DNA from: Alphaproteobacteria bacterium
Lineage (GTDB): Bacteria; Pseudomonadota; Alphaproteobacteria; SP197
NCBI GenBank assembly: GCA_965200215.1
Contig: OZ241369.1
Location: 1,754-65,753, forward strand
Direction of reading: 5' to 3'
Length of the DNA: 64,000 bases
Shown: positions 20,901 to 27,283 of the stretch, in pieces
How the letters are laid out: every line of letters starts with the position of its first letter
Numbering within the stretch: position 1 is the first letter of the stretch
Notes under the pieces: model-generated
What the model saw: only the letters and a program-made list of their open reading frames with translations
Told to the model about the DNA's origin: nothing
Database searches by the model: none
Position numbers and translations under genes: made by a program

Positions 20901-22141
20901 GCCGCCACCGTGTTCGTGTCCCCCGCCACCGCTTGCAGGCCCACCGTCACCGCCGCGCTCGCCGCCGTCGTCAGCGTCGCCGTCACCGTCGAGACGCTGC
21001 CCTCCGCGATCGAGGTCGGGTTCAGCACCACCTTCACATACGGCTCGTCGTCCGGGATGGTCAGCGTCACGCTCGCCGGGTCCACCGCCCCGCCGCTCGG
21101 CGTCACGCTTCCCGAAACCGTCACCGTCTTGGCGGCCGCGACCACGTTGTTGTTCACCGCCGTCACCGTCACCGTGCCGGTGCTGGCCGTCGCCCCCGCC
21201 GGGATGGTCAGCGTCGTCGCCGTGCTCACCGTGAAGTCGCCCGCCACCGCCGGCGACACCGGCGCCGCCGTCACCGTCACCGTCACCGGCCGCACCGGCG
21301 TCTTGCTCAGCGTCGCCCTCACCGTCGCCACCCCGCCGTTCTCCGCGATCGAGGCCGGCGACAGCGACAGCGTCGTCCGCGGCTGCGAACCCGTCGCCCC
21401 CACGATCGCCTGGTTGGTGGAGGTCACGGTCAGGCCGCCGGAATGGGCGCCGGGCGCCACCTGCACGCGGAAGGCCCGGTCGCCGCTGAGCGCCGTCGAC
21501 CCGCTGTAGGAGAGCGTCACCGTCGCCGTCGTGCCGCCGCTCGTGGCCGACGCGCCGGTGATGCTCAATCCCGCGATCGCCGGCGTGGCGCTCACCGTGA
21601 AGTGGGAGGCGGCCACGCTGCTGCCGTACGTCTGGCCGTTCAGCTCCACATCCAGCGTCGCGTTGTTCAGGTTCCCCCACGTCAGCCACGCCCGGTTCGA
21701 GGACACGATCTTCGCCACGCTGCCATCGACCTTGTGGCCCGCCTGGTTGGTCACCGCGGCATGGTCGCGGTTGACGTTACCGAATCCGAAGGACCTGTAA
21801 GCGGGGCCGCCGATCGAGTTTTGCGGAATGGAGATGCCGTCGGCGTCGACGTCGCCCGCCTGCACCGTGTAGCTGAATTGGGAGTTTGTCCTCCGGACGG
21901 TGTACCCGTGGCTGATGTACGCCCGTCGCGTGTTGGCGCCGATGGTGATGTTCATATAGATGGTGGTGAAAGAGCCACCGGAGACGCCGAAGACCTGCCC
22001 GTGGTTGAGCTGGGTGGTGATGGTCTCGCCGACGCCGTAGGTGTCGCCGCTGGCCGGCGTGGAGGTGATGACGGGGTTCGCAAAAGCCGGCCCCACCCCC
22101 AACAACACCAACCCCACCCCCAACACCAAAGCCCGAACCAC
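11990..22141 (-). CDS. Giant (~3380 aa) type Va autotransporter adhesin. Signal peptide, about 25 tandem Calx-beta-like roughly 100-aa repeats, a putative Ig/cadherin-like domain and a C-terminal beta-barrel translocator.
   Basis: ORF 11990..22912. Signal-peptide-like RALVLGVGLVLLGVGPAFA with an in-frame GTG at 22141. Repeats of the type AGDFTL...TLTIAAGATTSTGxVTVTAVDNxxD...VTVSxTAxGGxGVxxPxxATLTLTDDD. The C-terminus has Gly-rich beta-strands ending ...GLGLELRMSW (aromatic terminal residue, typical of the autotransporter barrel). The exact start is uncertain. Confidence 0.85.
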   Translation of the reverse strand: MVRALVLGVGLVLLGVGPAFANPVITSTPASGDTYGVGETITTQLNHGQVFGVSGGSFTTIYMNITIGANTRRAYISHGYTVRRTNSQFSYTVQAGDVDADGISIPQNSIGGPAYRSFGFGNVNRDHAAVTNQAGHKVDGSVAKIVSSNRAWLTWGNLNNATLDVELNGQTYGSSVAASHFTVSATPAIAGLSITGASATSGGTTATVTLSYSGSTALSGDRAFRVQVAPGAHSGGLTVTSTNQAIVGATGSQPRTTLSLSPASIAENGGVATVRATLSKTPVRPVTVTVTAAPVSPAVAGDFTVSTATTLTIPAGATASTGTVTVTAVNNNVVAAAKTVTVSGSVTPSGGAVDPASVTLTIPDDEPYVKVVLNPTSIAEGSVSTVTATLTTAASAAVTVGLQAVAGDTNTVAADFTLSQPGVIIPAGATVNTGLVTITAVDNMVHRPFSKSVTVRTAPAAVRTTAPVGRRLADLSATLTITEDDVLAVTLVPDPATVAENGGLSTVTATLSYPTTEAATVTVAAAAGTGAAAGDFTQAGTTLTIAANATTSTGVVTVTSVDDDAYQGSAGSRVTISGTVAGGNGVPNPADATLTRTDDETILPTVALALSEPDPMSADTISENGGVSTVTATLSGKSGEAVTVTVAAAAVASTGAVAGDFTLTGTTLTIAARATTSTGLVTVTGVDNNVDIGTATKTVTITGTSAGGTGVADPPDATLTLTDDDDATATLVLDPASILENGEVSTVTARLSNPTTAAATLTVTAAPVSPAVAADFSLSSTTTLTIAAGDTTSTGLVTVTAVDNNNAQGRKRVTVSATAAGGGMLAAPADATLILRDDEFGLAVGAVSGTVTETGGQATFTVRLNTEPSAAVTVAVASLDTSEGTVDPSLLTFTTATGAGGWDTAQTVTATGVQDSTDDADVTWQVRLDPASGDIDYNGLANVDVDVTTTDGDGPPGVTLALDPSSVSEMGGVSTVTARLSHGSGAATTLTVAAVTGAFTVGTDATIVIAAGETTAASDTVLVTAVDNVTDAPDRTATVTAAVTNDRAAADSTTMAVTGATLAITDDDPATGAVLFLAPSSVSENGGVASVAVVLSRPSSEPSTVTVTAVVGDYTVAANATLTVAAGFTVTTDTTTVTAVDDDIHQGSAGRSVTVAAALTNGQGAGAVTGGSLTLTDDETLPTLSLALSSTSISENGGVSTVTAGLSGKSSEAVTVTVGAAAGTGATAADFSLSTAATLTIAAGATTSAGVVTVTAVDDTGTTGSIQVTVSGTAAGGNSVANPANRTLTITDDDTPQTTLALDPASIAENGGVATVTATLDRTSSVAVTVTVAAAAGTGAVAGDFSLSTARTLTFAANATTSAGLVTVTAVNNTTDAPDKSVTVSGTAADSLNLTNDPPDVTLAIADDDAGPGVTLAVNPASIAEPSGVSTVTATLSHPSSEPSTVTVTAVSGAYTAGADATIVIAAGATTAASDTALIVVVDDDLHHGNAGRSATVTGTLTNGQGAGSVTGASLTITDDENLPTASLLIDPLASSISENGGIATITAQLAGLSGKSSEAVTVTVTVTAVATSGAVAGDFTQSGTTLTVAAGSRTSTGLVTVTGVDNNVDAADKLLRLSATATGGNGVQNPGLTVLTLTNDDDATASLVLDPSTITENGGVSTVTARLSHPTTEAATLTVAAAAGTGAVAADFSLSSTTTLTIAANATTSTGVVTVTAVDNAVATGNKQVTVSATAAGGRGVENPSNATLILRDDEFGLSESAVSGQATEAGGTSTFTVRLNTVPTAAVTVAVTSRDASEGTVSPPALTFAPGAYSTPQTVTVTGVQDTIDDGTVTWQVRLDPSSSDPNYNGDSVEVDQDVTTTDDDGAPGVTMALSPSSVAEMGGVATVTARLSHGSGAATTLTVGAASGSFTVGTDATIVIPAEATAAPTDTVLVTAVDNTTDEPNRTATVTATVTNARAAADSRTMTVTGATLTLEDDEAAPGATLSVMPASVSENGGVATVTATLSGLSSEPSTVTVQAVAGAYAAGTDATIVIAAGATTAASDTALVTAVDDDVYQGSAGRSVTVTAALTNGQGAGAVTGASLTLADDDALPTAALALGPASISENGGVSTVRATLSHPTTVATTLTVAAVASTGAVAGDFTLSTAATLTIAAGATTSTGAVTVRGNDNAVDAANKSVTVSATATGGNGVAAPSAVTLTLTDDEATATATLALAPAAILENGEVSTVTAVLSHPTTVATTLTVSAAPVSPAVAGDFTLSSTNTLTIAAGATTSAGVVTITSVDNTAAEGRKRVTVSATAAGGRGVAAPSNATLTIRDDEFGLSESAVSGQATEAGGQATFTVALQTQPSAAVTVAVTSLDTSEGTVAPSSLVFTTGNWETAQTVTVTGVKDNLHDGPQPWRVRLAPSSGDADYDSLDPVDVNGTTTDDEPPEVTLALAPSSISEDGGVATVTAVKEHPSVAETVVTVTAAPVAPAVAGDFTLSAAATLTIAAGETTSTGLVTVTAVNNAVDADNKTVTVSGTAVNAQATMNNEIVDVDDDDAKLTIVDDDEKGLLFLAAGTTASVVEVASGSRAASYTVALNSQPTGPVTVTVAAAGDVRAAPSSLTFTMADWNRAQAVTVTVGSSVGADGYAAALSVMHRASGGDYGGVSASLDVAASVAGATRIAVAADAGTTSYRVEDRLVKVTVAPGLTVASGVTTRIEVDLRGVGPGPELALTFSPWPEDRAAEAAGSEHSLGPAAARVVMNIAVSPVPPGGLRLCLPVTPDVREAAKGRTLLLLRRGERVEGSRDEGAQVCADRVMSFSPFAVGYADTAPSFAVDFPEALSWTVGEEIAPETLPAATGDAPFIYALSPALPDGVMCEGFECDEGGDRLSGAPTAEMAVTRYTWTATDVDGQPVTLEFTIEVVPALAAARERLAAVNRSVLPELSRAMWGSALDAIGARLGAPGGGGSGGGAMEQGLAAAADFLRSKGEALEDGEGSWRELVGGESFALALGGEGEDGSGGGGSAVVMWGGGDWRDLSREDGLLSWSGKLFSAHVGADVALGGGVMGGVAVSRFESAIDYTDRSDEDAGAIEGDHEHRMVAVHPYLGWSGGGGERLWAALGYGHGEVRIADTGIFDRYEWQESDGRLVAGALGGAVPVYGDGDSAVEMRASAEATRYVLADNGEAIAGVSVSTRRVRLATVGSWNWALRGGRLLEPSLEAGLRWDDGDGATGVGVELGGGLAWSDAAAGLSASVSGRSLVAHGSDVEEWGASGSLHMDAGGDGRGLSLSLSPAWGASGSGLARLWEEGMASRDGVGGEGGGRLEGELGYGLAAWGEAGTLTPYGGLALGGDERRYSLGQRLALGTALGLKIEATRSEHPAVSHGLGLELRMSW

Positions 22142-22149
22142 CCGCCCCC

Positions 22150-22515
22150 CCGGCAGCGCCAAACGCCCACCGCCAGGCACCGCCCAGGCAGCCCGCCTCC
22201 CGGCGACCGGCCACTGGCCACCGGCCCCCTGGGAGCGCCGGCGTCCCGCCGGCAACGGGCCGCCAGGCCCGCCAACGCACCACCGGCCACCGCCAGGCAC
22301 CAACCGAGCGTCACACCCACCGGCGAAGCCCGCCCCCGGCAGCGCCCAGCGCCCACCGCCAGGCACCGACCGAGCGTCACGCCCCCTGGGAGCGCCGGCG
22401 TTCCGCCGGCAACGGGCCGCCAGGCCCGCCAACGCACCGCAAGCCCACCGCCAGGCACCACCCAGGCAGCCCGCTCTCACCGGCCACTGGCTACCGGCGA
22501 CCGGCCACCGAACCC
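22150..22515 (+). repeat. Dispersed intergenic repeat, two or three core units, + orientation.
   Basis: Three GGGAGCGCCGGCG(T)TCCGCCGGCAACGGGCCGCCAGGCCCGCCAACGCACC-type cores, then CTCACCGGCCACTGGCTACCGGCGACCGGCCAC. Confidence 0.8.
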
Positions 22516-22518
22516 CCC

Positions 22519-22800
22519 TCACGCCGCCGCCGTCTCCGACTCCCGCGCCTGCCGAGACTCCCGCCGCAGGAACCCCTCGAACATCCCTTCGATCCGGGCC
22601 ATCCGCTCCCGCAACTTCGCCATCTCGCCGCGCACGGCTTCGAACTGCTGGCTCGTATCCTCCCGCAGCTCCTTGATCTCGCCGCGCAGTTCCCTCATCT
22701 CGCCGCGGCGCTCGCGGTTCAAGACCAGCGCCAGGCCAGCCAATGCCACGCCCACCGTGGCAATGCCGATCGGCTCCGGGATCATGCCCGCTCCTCCCAA
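22519..22800 (-). CDS. Small membrane-anchored coiled-coil protein (N-terminal TM, LRERMARIEG motif).
   Basis: MIPEPIGIATVGVALAGLALVL TM helix followed by the heptad-rich ELRGEIKELRED...KLRERMARIEGMFEG. Alternative start at 22785. Confidence 0.5.
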   Translation of the reverse strand: MGGAGMIPEPIGIATVGVALAGLALVLNRERRGEMRELRGEIKELREDTSQQFEAVRGEMAKLRERMARIEGMFEGFLRRESRQARESETAAA

Positions 22801-23274
22801 ACCAGGATGCGCAACCTACACCCCCGGCGCGCGCATTCCCAGGCGATAACGGCGCCGGAACCGGCATTCCGCCCCACCGGCTACCGCCCGCCCCCATCAC
22901 CGCCTCACCCATGCGCGGGGGGGGGGGGGGGGGTACAACGTCGGCCCGGCAGCGAACGGCGAAGCAAGAAAGCCCATAATCCCCTCACTCGGCAGCGCAA
23001 CGGCGGCTGCAACCCCTCATAGCCCACCCCCCGGCGATGTCAAGCCCGCCGTCAAGGTCAAGCACAGCATCAACCACCCGCCGCAAACACAAGCACCATA
23101 GCACAAAACCCCACCCCCAACCACCACCGCCCGGCAAGCCGCCAGGCCCGCCCACACACCGCTCCCCAAGCGCCACCCACCCACCGCCAGGCACCACCCC
23201 CAGCCACCCGCTCCCACGAACCACTAGCCGCTGGCTACCGGCCACGGGCCACTAGCCACCGGCCAACCCACCGC
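22801..23274 (+). repeat. Intergenic region with a poly-G18 tract (22916-22933) and a dispersed repeat copy (23040-23270), + orientation.
   Basis: 18 consecutive G at 22916-22933. CCGCCAGGCACCACC...CCACGAACCACTAGCCGCTGGCTACCGGCCAC tail. Confidence 0.75.
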
Positions 23275-23568
23275 CTACAGCAACAGCTTGATAATGGCGA
23301 CGGTGAGAGCAGCGTTGGCGAGGGCGAAGGCGAGGAAAGCCAGATAGATGCGCGCTTCGAGGCGAGCGAGGCCGGCAGCGAGGTCGCCCCTGGTGGCGAA
23401 GTCCTTGAGGTCGGCCTTGGTGGCCAGCTCGCTATGACCGGCGCCGGCAGCGCGGGCAGCGGTCTCGACGACAGCTTCCGCCTGGCGCTCGTCGAAGCCA
23501 GCCTCCCGAAGCGCCTTGGCGGCCGCATAGGTATCGAAGGCAGCAAGCGCCACGGCGATGACTCCCAA
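23275..23568 (-). CDS. DUF1640-like small coiled-coil protein with a C-terminal TM anchor.
   Basis: AFDTYAAAKALREAGFDERQAEAVVE...LATKADLKDFATRGDL...ARIYLAFLAFALANAALTVAIIKLLL. Paralog of 11448..11753. Confidence 0.6.
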   Translation of the reverse strand: MGVIAVALAAFDTYAAAKALREAGFDERQAEAVVETAARAAGAGHSELATKADLKDFATRGDLAAGLARLEARIYLAFLAFALANAALTVAIIKLLL

Positions 23569-23815
23569 ACGGCAGGGACGATACCAGGCAGGCTAGACGA
23601 AGACGCCGCTAGGCGCAAGGTGCGCCACCGCCCCCGGCGGGCCGCAAGGCCCGCCCACGCACCACACGCCCGCCGTCAGGCACCACCACCATTCCCCGCT
23701 CCCACTGGCTACTGGCTACTAACCACTAACCACCCCCACCACCCCCCAGCCTCCCCACCAGCGCGGCAAGCCAGGGGGTGAGTTCCGGCGCGATATGGCC
23801 GTCGTCGCGCCGGGG
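23569..23815 (+). repeat. Dispersed repeat copy plus a ~70-bp duplicate of the 3' end of the HAD nucleotidase gene (23740-23815).
   Basis: GGCGGGCCGCAAGGCCCGCCCACGCACC core plus CCACTGGCTACTGGCTACTAACCACTAACCAC. Then CCCCAGCCTCCCCACCAGCGCGGCAAGCCAGGGGGTGAGTTCCGGCGCGATATGGCCGTCGTCGCGCCGGG, which matches 25023-25105 apart from a 10-12 bp indel. Confidence 0.75.
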
Positions 23816-23833
23816 CAAGCACCGTGACTCCAA

Positions 23834-24196
23834 TCAATGACTATCCAGATACCGGCGTATGTAACTCGCTCCCAGACCGACAATGGCGCCGCTCAAGACG
23901 GAGTTCTTTATGTCCTGCAATTCATCCGGGTTGAGCCAGTGCCATTTGTTTGGCGTCAGGAGGTGATATCCCAAGGTGGACACGGCCCCGGCGACGACGA
24001 TAAAAACCATCACCAGGAGAATCCACGTGCACAAGGCAAGGATTGTCCGGGACGTCTGATCCCGATAGTGTTCGCTCCGTCTTTTTTGCAGTTCTTGTTC
24101 TTCGGATTCCGCAAGGGAGTCCCCATGGGAGGAAGGAGCCGGCTGAGGCGGAACACGCTGCCGGCTTTCCGGAGGCTTATTCCCGCTCTTTTTCAT
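23834..24196 (-). CDS. Small (120 aa) membrane protein; candidate toxin partner (PanT-like) of the upstream Panacea-domain gene.
   Basis: ATG at 24196 (MKKSGNKPPES...) overlaps the upstream gene stop by 4 bp (ATGA). Hydrophobic segment ILALCTWILLVMVFIVVAGAVSTLGY. Low GC (~52%). The role is inferred from gene context only. Confidence 0.45.
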   Translation of the reverse strand: MKKSGNKPPESRQRVPPQPAPSSHGDSLAESEEQELQKRRSEHYRDQTSRTILALCTWILLVMVFIVVAGAVSTLGYHLLTPNKWHWLNPDELQDIKNSVLSGAIVGLGASYIRRYLDSH

Positions 24197-24690
24197 TCGC
24201 TTGCAGCCGCAAGTTCGGCAAAATGCTCCTCGATGAGCTCGTCGGGAATGATGGAGTTGCAGCCCGTTTGATGCCAGATCTGATGCCAGGGCGTCCCGCG
24301 CGCATGCGTGAGCTGCGACAGCTGGACACCCGAAAATTCGCAATAGACGTTGAACACCTGTCGGATCAGGTCTTCTTCCAGGGGATCGAAATCGCTATCC
24401 GGAAAGTCCTGGACGACGTTGACGGGTTTGCGTCCATAACGCTTCAGCCCGTGATATACATCCGGAATGACCGGACCGTATTTCCAGGCTTCGACGGGCT
24501 GCGCCGATAATGGGCGATGGTATAACCCGAGCATCCATCCGTGGCACAGATAGGTGAGCTTGATCAGTTGCAGAGGATCGCGGGGCTTGCCCCCATTGAT
24601 GCCCAGTCGGATCAGAGCGTTTGCGACGGCTCGAGAATCGTGCTTCCGAGAGTTGTGTTTCATGGCATAAAGGTCCGATGTTGGGAACAT
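24193..24690 (-). CDS. Panacea-domain (DUF4065, SocA/PanA-like) protein; putative antitoxin.
   Basis: LQLIKLTYLCHGWMLGLYHRPLSAQPVEAWKYGPVIPDVYHGLKRYG matches the DUF4065/Panacea consensus (KLqKLlYfaqgw...AWkyGPVvpevY). Low-GC island. Confidence 0.65.
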   Translation of the reverse strand: MFPTSDLYAMKHNSRKHDSRAVANALIRLGINGGKPRDPLQLIKLTYLCHGWMLGLYHRPLSAQPVEAWKYGPVIPDVYHGLKRYGRKPVNVVQDFPDSDFDPLEEDLIRQVFNVYCEFSGVQLSQLTHARGTPWHQIWHQTGCNSIIPDELIEEHFAELAAASE

Positions 24691-24834
24691 AAGCCGGGAA
24701 AGAACAAACGTTCCTTTAGGGAAAAGCGCTTTATGCTGGCATGATCATGGGCGAGCTGCCATTATGTTTCCTGGCTCCCCACAGACAGAGGCCGTCAGGA
24801 TAGGCCCCACCGCCGCGCTATGTCAAACTCTTCA

Positions 24835-25015
24835 TGCCGGCTCCCGAAGCCACCGCCCCCACCGCCCCCACCGCCCGCGCGCCCCTGGGAGCGCCGGCGT
24901 CCCGCCGGCAAACGGGCCGAAGGCCCGTCAACGCACCACCCGCCCACCGCCAGGCACCGCCCAAGCGTCACGCCCCCGGCGACCGGCCACTAGCCACTAA
25001 CCACTAGCCACTAAC
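24835..25015 (+). repeat. Dispersed intergenic repeat copy, + orientation.
   Basis: CCCTGGGAGCGCCGGCGTCCCGCCGGCAAACGGGCCGAAGGCCCGTCAACGCACC plus CCACTAGCCACTAACCACTAGCCACTAACC. Confidence 0.8.
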
Positions 25016-25691
25016 CCCCACCCCCCAGCCTCCCCACCAGCGCAGCAAGCCAGGGGGTGAGCTCCGGCGCCCGATGGTCGATATGGCCGTCGTCGCGCCG
25101 GGCCATGGCGAAGTCGCCCCCGATCCACACGGTGGTCATGCCGCGTTCCTTGGCCGGCTTGAGGTTGCGGGCGATATCCTCGATCAGCGCCGCCCGCCGC
25201 GGCCGGATGGCGTGGCGTCGCAGCAGCAGGTCGTAGGCGGCCGGCTGCGGCTTGGGCACGAAGCCGGCCGCCTCGATGTCGAACACCGCCTCGAAATGGC
25301 GGGCGATCCCCAGCCGCGCCATCACCCGCCCGGCATGGGCCTCGTCGCCATTGGTGAAAATCAGCTTGCGCCCCGGCAGCCCGCCCAGCGCCCGATCCAG
25401 CGCCGGATCGGGCGGGATCGGGCGGTAATCGATGTCGTGGACATAGGCCAGGAAGGCGCGCGGGTCGCATTCGTGCCGCGCCATCAGGCCGGCCAGCGTG
25501 GTCCCGTATTCCAGGAAATAGCGCTTCTGCAGCGCCCTGGCCGCGTTGCGGTCCTCCTGGCCCAGCAGCGCGCAGACATAATCGGTGATGCGCCGCGAGA
25601 CCTGCTCGAAAAACCCGTGGCGGGCGGCATACAGCGTGTTGTCGAGGTCGAAGACCCAGCACTCGACCGCCGCCAGGCCGCCCCCGCTCAC
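25011..25691 (-). CDS. HAD-family pyrimidine 5'-nucleotidase (YjjG/SDT1-like); GTG start overlapping the argB stop.
   Basis: WVFDLDNTLY (DxD motif) ... KPQPAAYD ... HAD motifs III/IV (IEDIARNLKPAKERGMTTVWI). Confidence 0.8.
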   Translation of the reverse strand: MSGGGLAAVECWVFDLDNTLYAARHGFFEQVSRRITDYVCALLGQEDRNAARALQKRYFLEYGTTLAGLMARHECDPRAFLAYVHDIDYRPIPPDPALDRALGGLPGRKLIFTNGDEAHAGRVMARLGIARHFEAVFDIEAAGFVPKPQPAAYDLLLRRHAIRPRRAALIEDIARNLKPAKERGMTTVWIGGDFAMARRDDGHIDHRAPELTPWLAALVGRLGGGG

Positions 25692-26608
25692 GGGTCGATC
25701 TTGGTGCCGGTGCCGTCGGCGGTGAACAGCTCCAGCAGCAGCACATGGGGGATGCGCCCGTCCAGCACATGGGCGGCGCCCACACCGCCCGCCAGCGCCT
25801 TCAGGCAGGTCTCCAGCTTCGGAATCATGCCGCCTTCGACCGCGCCCGACGCCAGCAGCGCCTCGCCCTCGGCGGCGCTCATCTCGGAGATCAGGGCGCC
25901 GTCGCCGTCCAGCACGCCGGCCACATCGGTCAGCATCAGCAGCTTGGAGGCGCCCACCGCCTCGGCGATGGCCCCGGCCGCCGTATCGGCGTTGATGTTG
26001 TAGGTCGCCCCGTCGGCGCCGACGCCGATGGGCGCGATCACCGCGATGGCGTCCGAGTTCTCGAAGATGCGGATGATGTCGGCGTTCACCCGGGCGGGCT
26101 CGCCGACGAAGCCCAGGTCGAGCAGCTTCTCGATGTTGGAGTCCGGGTCGCGCCGCGTCCGTCGCAGCTTCACCGCTTCGATCAGCCGCCCGTCCTTGCC
26201 CGAAATGCCGATGGCGCGCCCGCCCTCCTCGTTGATGGCGGCGACGATCTGCTTGTTGACGCCCCCCGCCAGCACCATCTCGACCACCGCCACCGCCTCG
26301 CCGTCGGTCACGCGCAGCCCGTCCACGAAGCGCGAGGTGATGTTCATCTTCTCCAGCATGGCGCCGATCTGCGGCCCGCCGCCATGGACGACGATGGGAT
26401 GGATGCCGACCTGCTTGACGAGCACGATGTCGCGGGCGAAATCCCGCGCCAGCGCAGCATCGCCCATGGCGTGGCCGCCATATTTGATGACGAAGGTCTG
26501 CCCCGAGAACTGGCGCAGAAAGGGCAGCGCTTCGGCCAGGGTGCGGGCGGTCTTCAGCCAGTGCCTGGTGGCGCCGAAGTCGCGCCCGGCGATGTCGCGC
26601 TTTTCCAT
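25688..26608 (-). CDS. argB: Acetylglutamate kinase.
   Basis: FVIKYGGHAM...VVHGGGPQI...NINAD amino-acid-kinase motifs. Confidence 0.95.
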   Translation of the reverse strand: MEKRDIAGRDFGATRHWLKTARTLAEALPFLRQFSGQTFVIKYGGHAMGDAALARDFARDIVLVKQVGIHPIVVHGGGPQIGAMLEKMNITSRFVDGLRVTDGEAVAVVEMVLAGGVNKQIVAAINEEGGRAIGISGKDGRLIEAVKLRRTRRDPDSNIEKLLDLGFVGEPARVNADIIRIFENSDAIAVIAPIGVGADGATYNINADTAAGAIAEAVGASKLLMLTDVAGVLDGDGALISEMSAAEGEALLASGAVEGGMIPKLETCLKALAGGVGAAHVLDGRIPHVLLLELFTADGTGTKIDP

Positions 26609-26617
26609 GGCGCGACC

Positions 26618-27274
26618 TTAGGCGACGCTCGCCTCCGCCGCCAGGGCGGCCAGGTCGTCCTGCAGGGCGCCGATGCCCTCGCCGCTCCTGGCGCTGGTGG
26701 CGAGGATGTGCGGGAAGGCGGCCGGGCGGCTGCCGAGCTCGCCCGCGACCGCCGCCATCGCCCGCCCGCGCTCCGCCTCCTTCACCTTGTCGGCCTTGGT
26801 CAGCACGATGCGATAGGCCAGGGCGATGGCGTCGAAATGGCGACAGGCCTCGCGGTCGGCGTCCATCACGCCCCGCCTGGCGTCCAGCAGCAGCACGGCG
26901 TGGCGCAGGCTGGCCCGCTGCGCGAGGAAGGCCAGCATGGCGGCCGTCCAGTGCGCGATCTCGCCCTTTCCCGCCCGCGCGTAACCGTAGCCCGGCAGGT
27001 CGATCAGCCGCAGCCTGGCGCCGATCTCGAAGACGTTGACCTGGCGCGTCCGCCCCGGCGTCTTCGAGATGCGCGCCAGCTGGCGGCGCCCGGTAAGCGC
27101 GTTGATCAGCGACGATTTGCCGGCGTTGGAACGCCCGGCGAAGGCGACCTCCGGCAGCCCCGTCGCCGGCAGCGAGCCGGGGCCGGCGGCCGCGCCGACG
27201 AAGACGGCCGGCGCGGCGAAGAGGCGCTTTGCCGCCGGCGAGGCGCGCCCCGCCGTCTTCGCCCTGCGGTCCAT
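26618..27274 (-). CDS. engB: Ribosome biogenesis GTP-binding protein YihA/EngB.
   Basis: G1 GRSNAGKSSLIN, G3 DLPGYG, G4 TKADK. Confidence 0.9.
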   Translation of the reverse strand: MDRRAKTAGRASPAAKRLFAAPAVFVGAAAGPGSLPATGLPEVAFAGRSNAGKSSLINALTGRRQLARISKTPGRTRQVNVFEIGARLRLIDLPGYGYARAGKGEIAHWTAAMLAFLAQRASLRHAVLLLDARRGVMDADREACRHFDAIALAYRIVLTKADKVKEAERGRAMAAVAGELGSRPAAFPHILATSARSGEGIGALQDDLAALAAEASVA

Positions 27275-27283
27275 GGCGCGGCC

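Noticed and set aside
12023-22849. 3608-aa + strand ORF and many shorter + ORFs (14445..21509) opposite the adhesin
   Set aside because: These are antisense to the repetitive adhesin gene. Their compositions are Arg/His/Pro-rich or Val/Thr/Ala-rich mirror images with no independent signal, typical high-GC antisense artefacts.
23834-24343. Longer 169-aa version of the small membrane protein ORF
   Set aside because: The 5' extension overlaps the Panacea gene by 150 bp. The internal ATG at 24196 gives the classic 4-bp ATGA overlap, so the shorter form is preferred.
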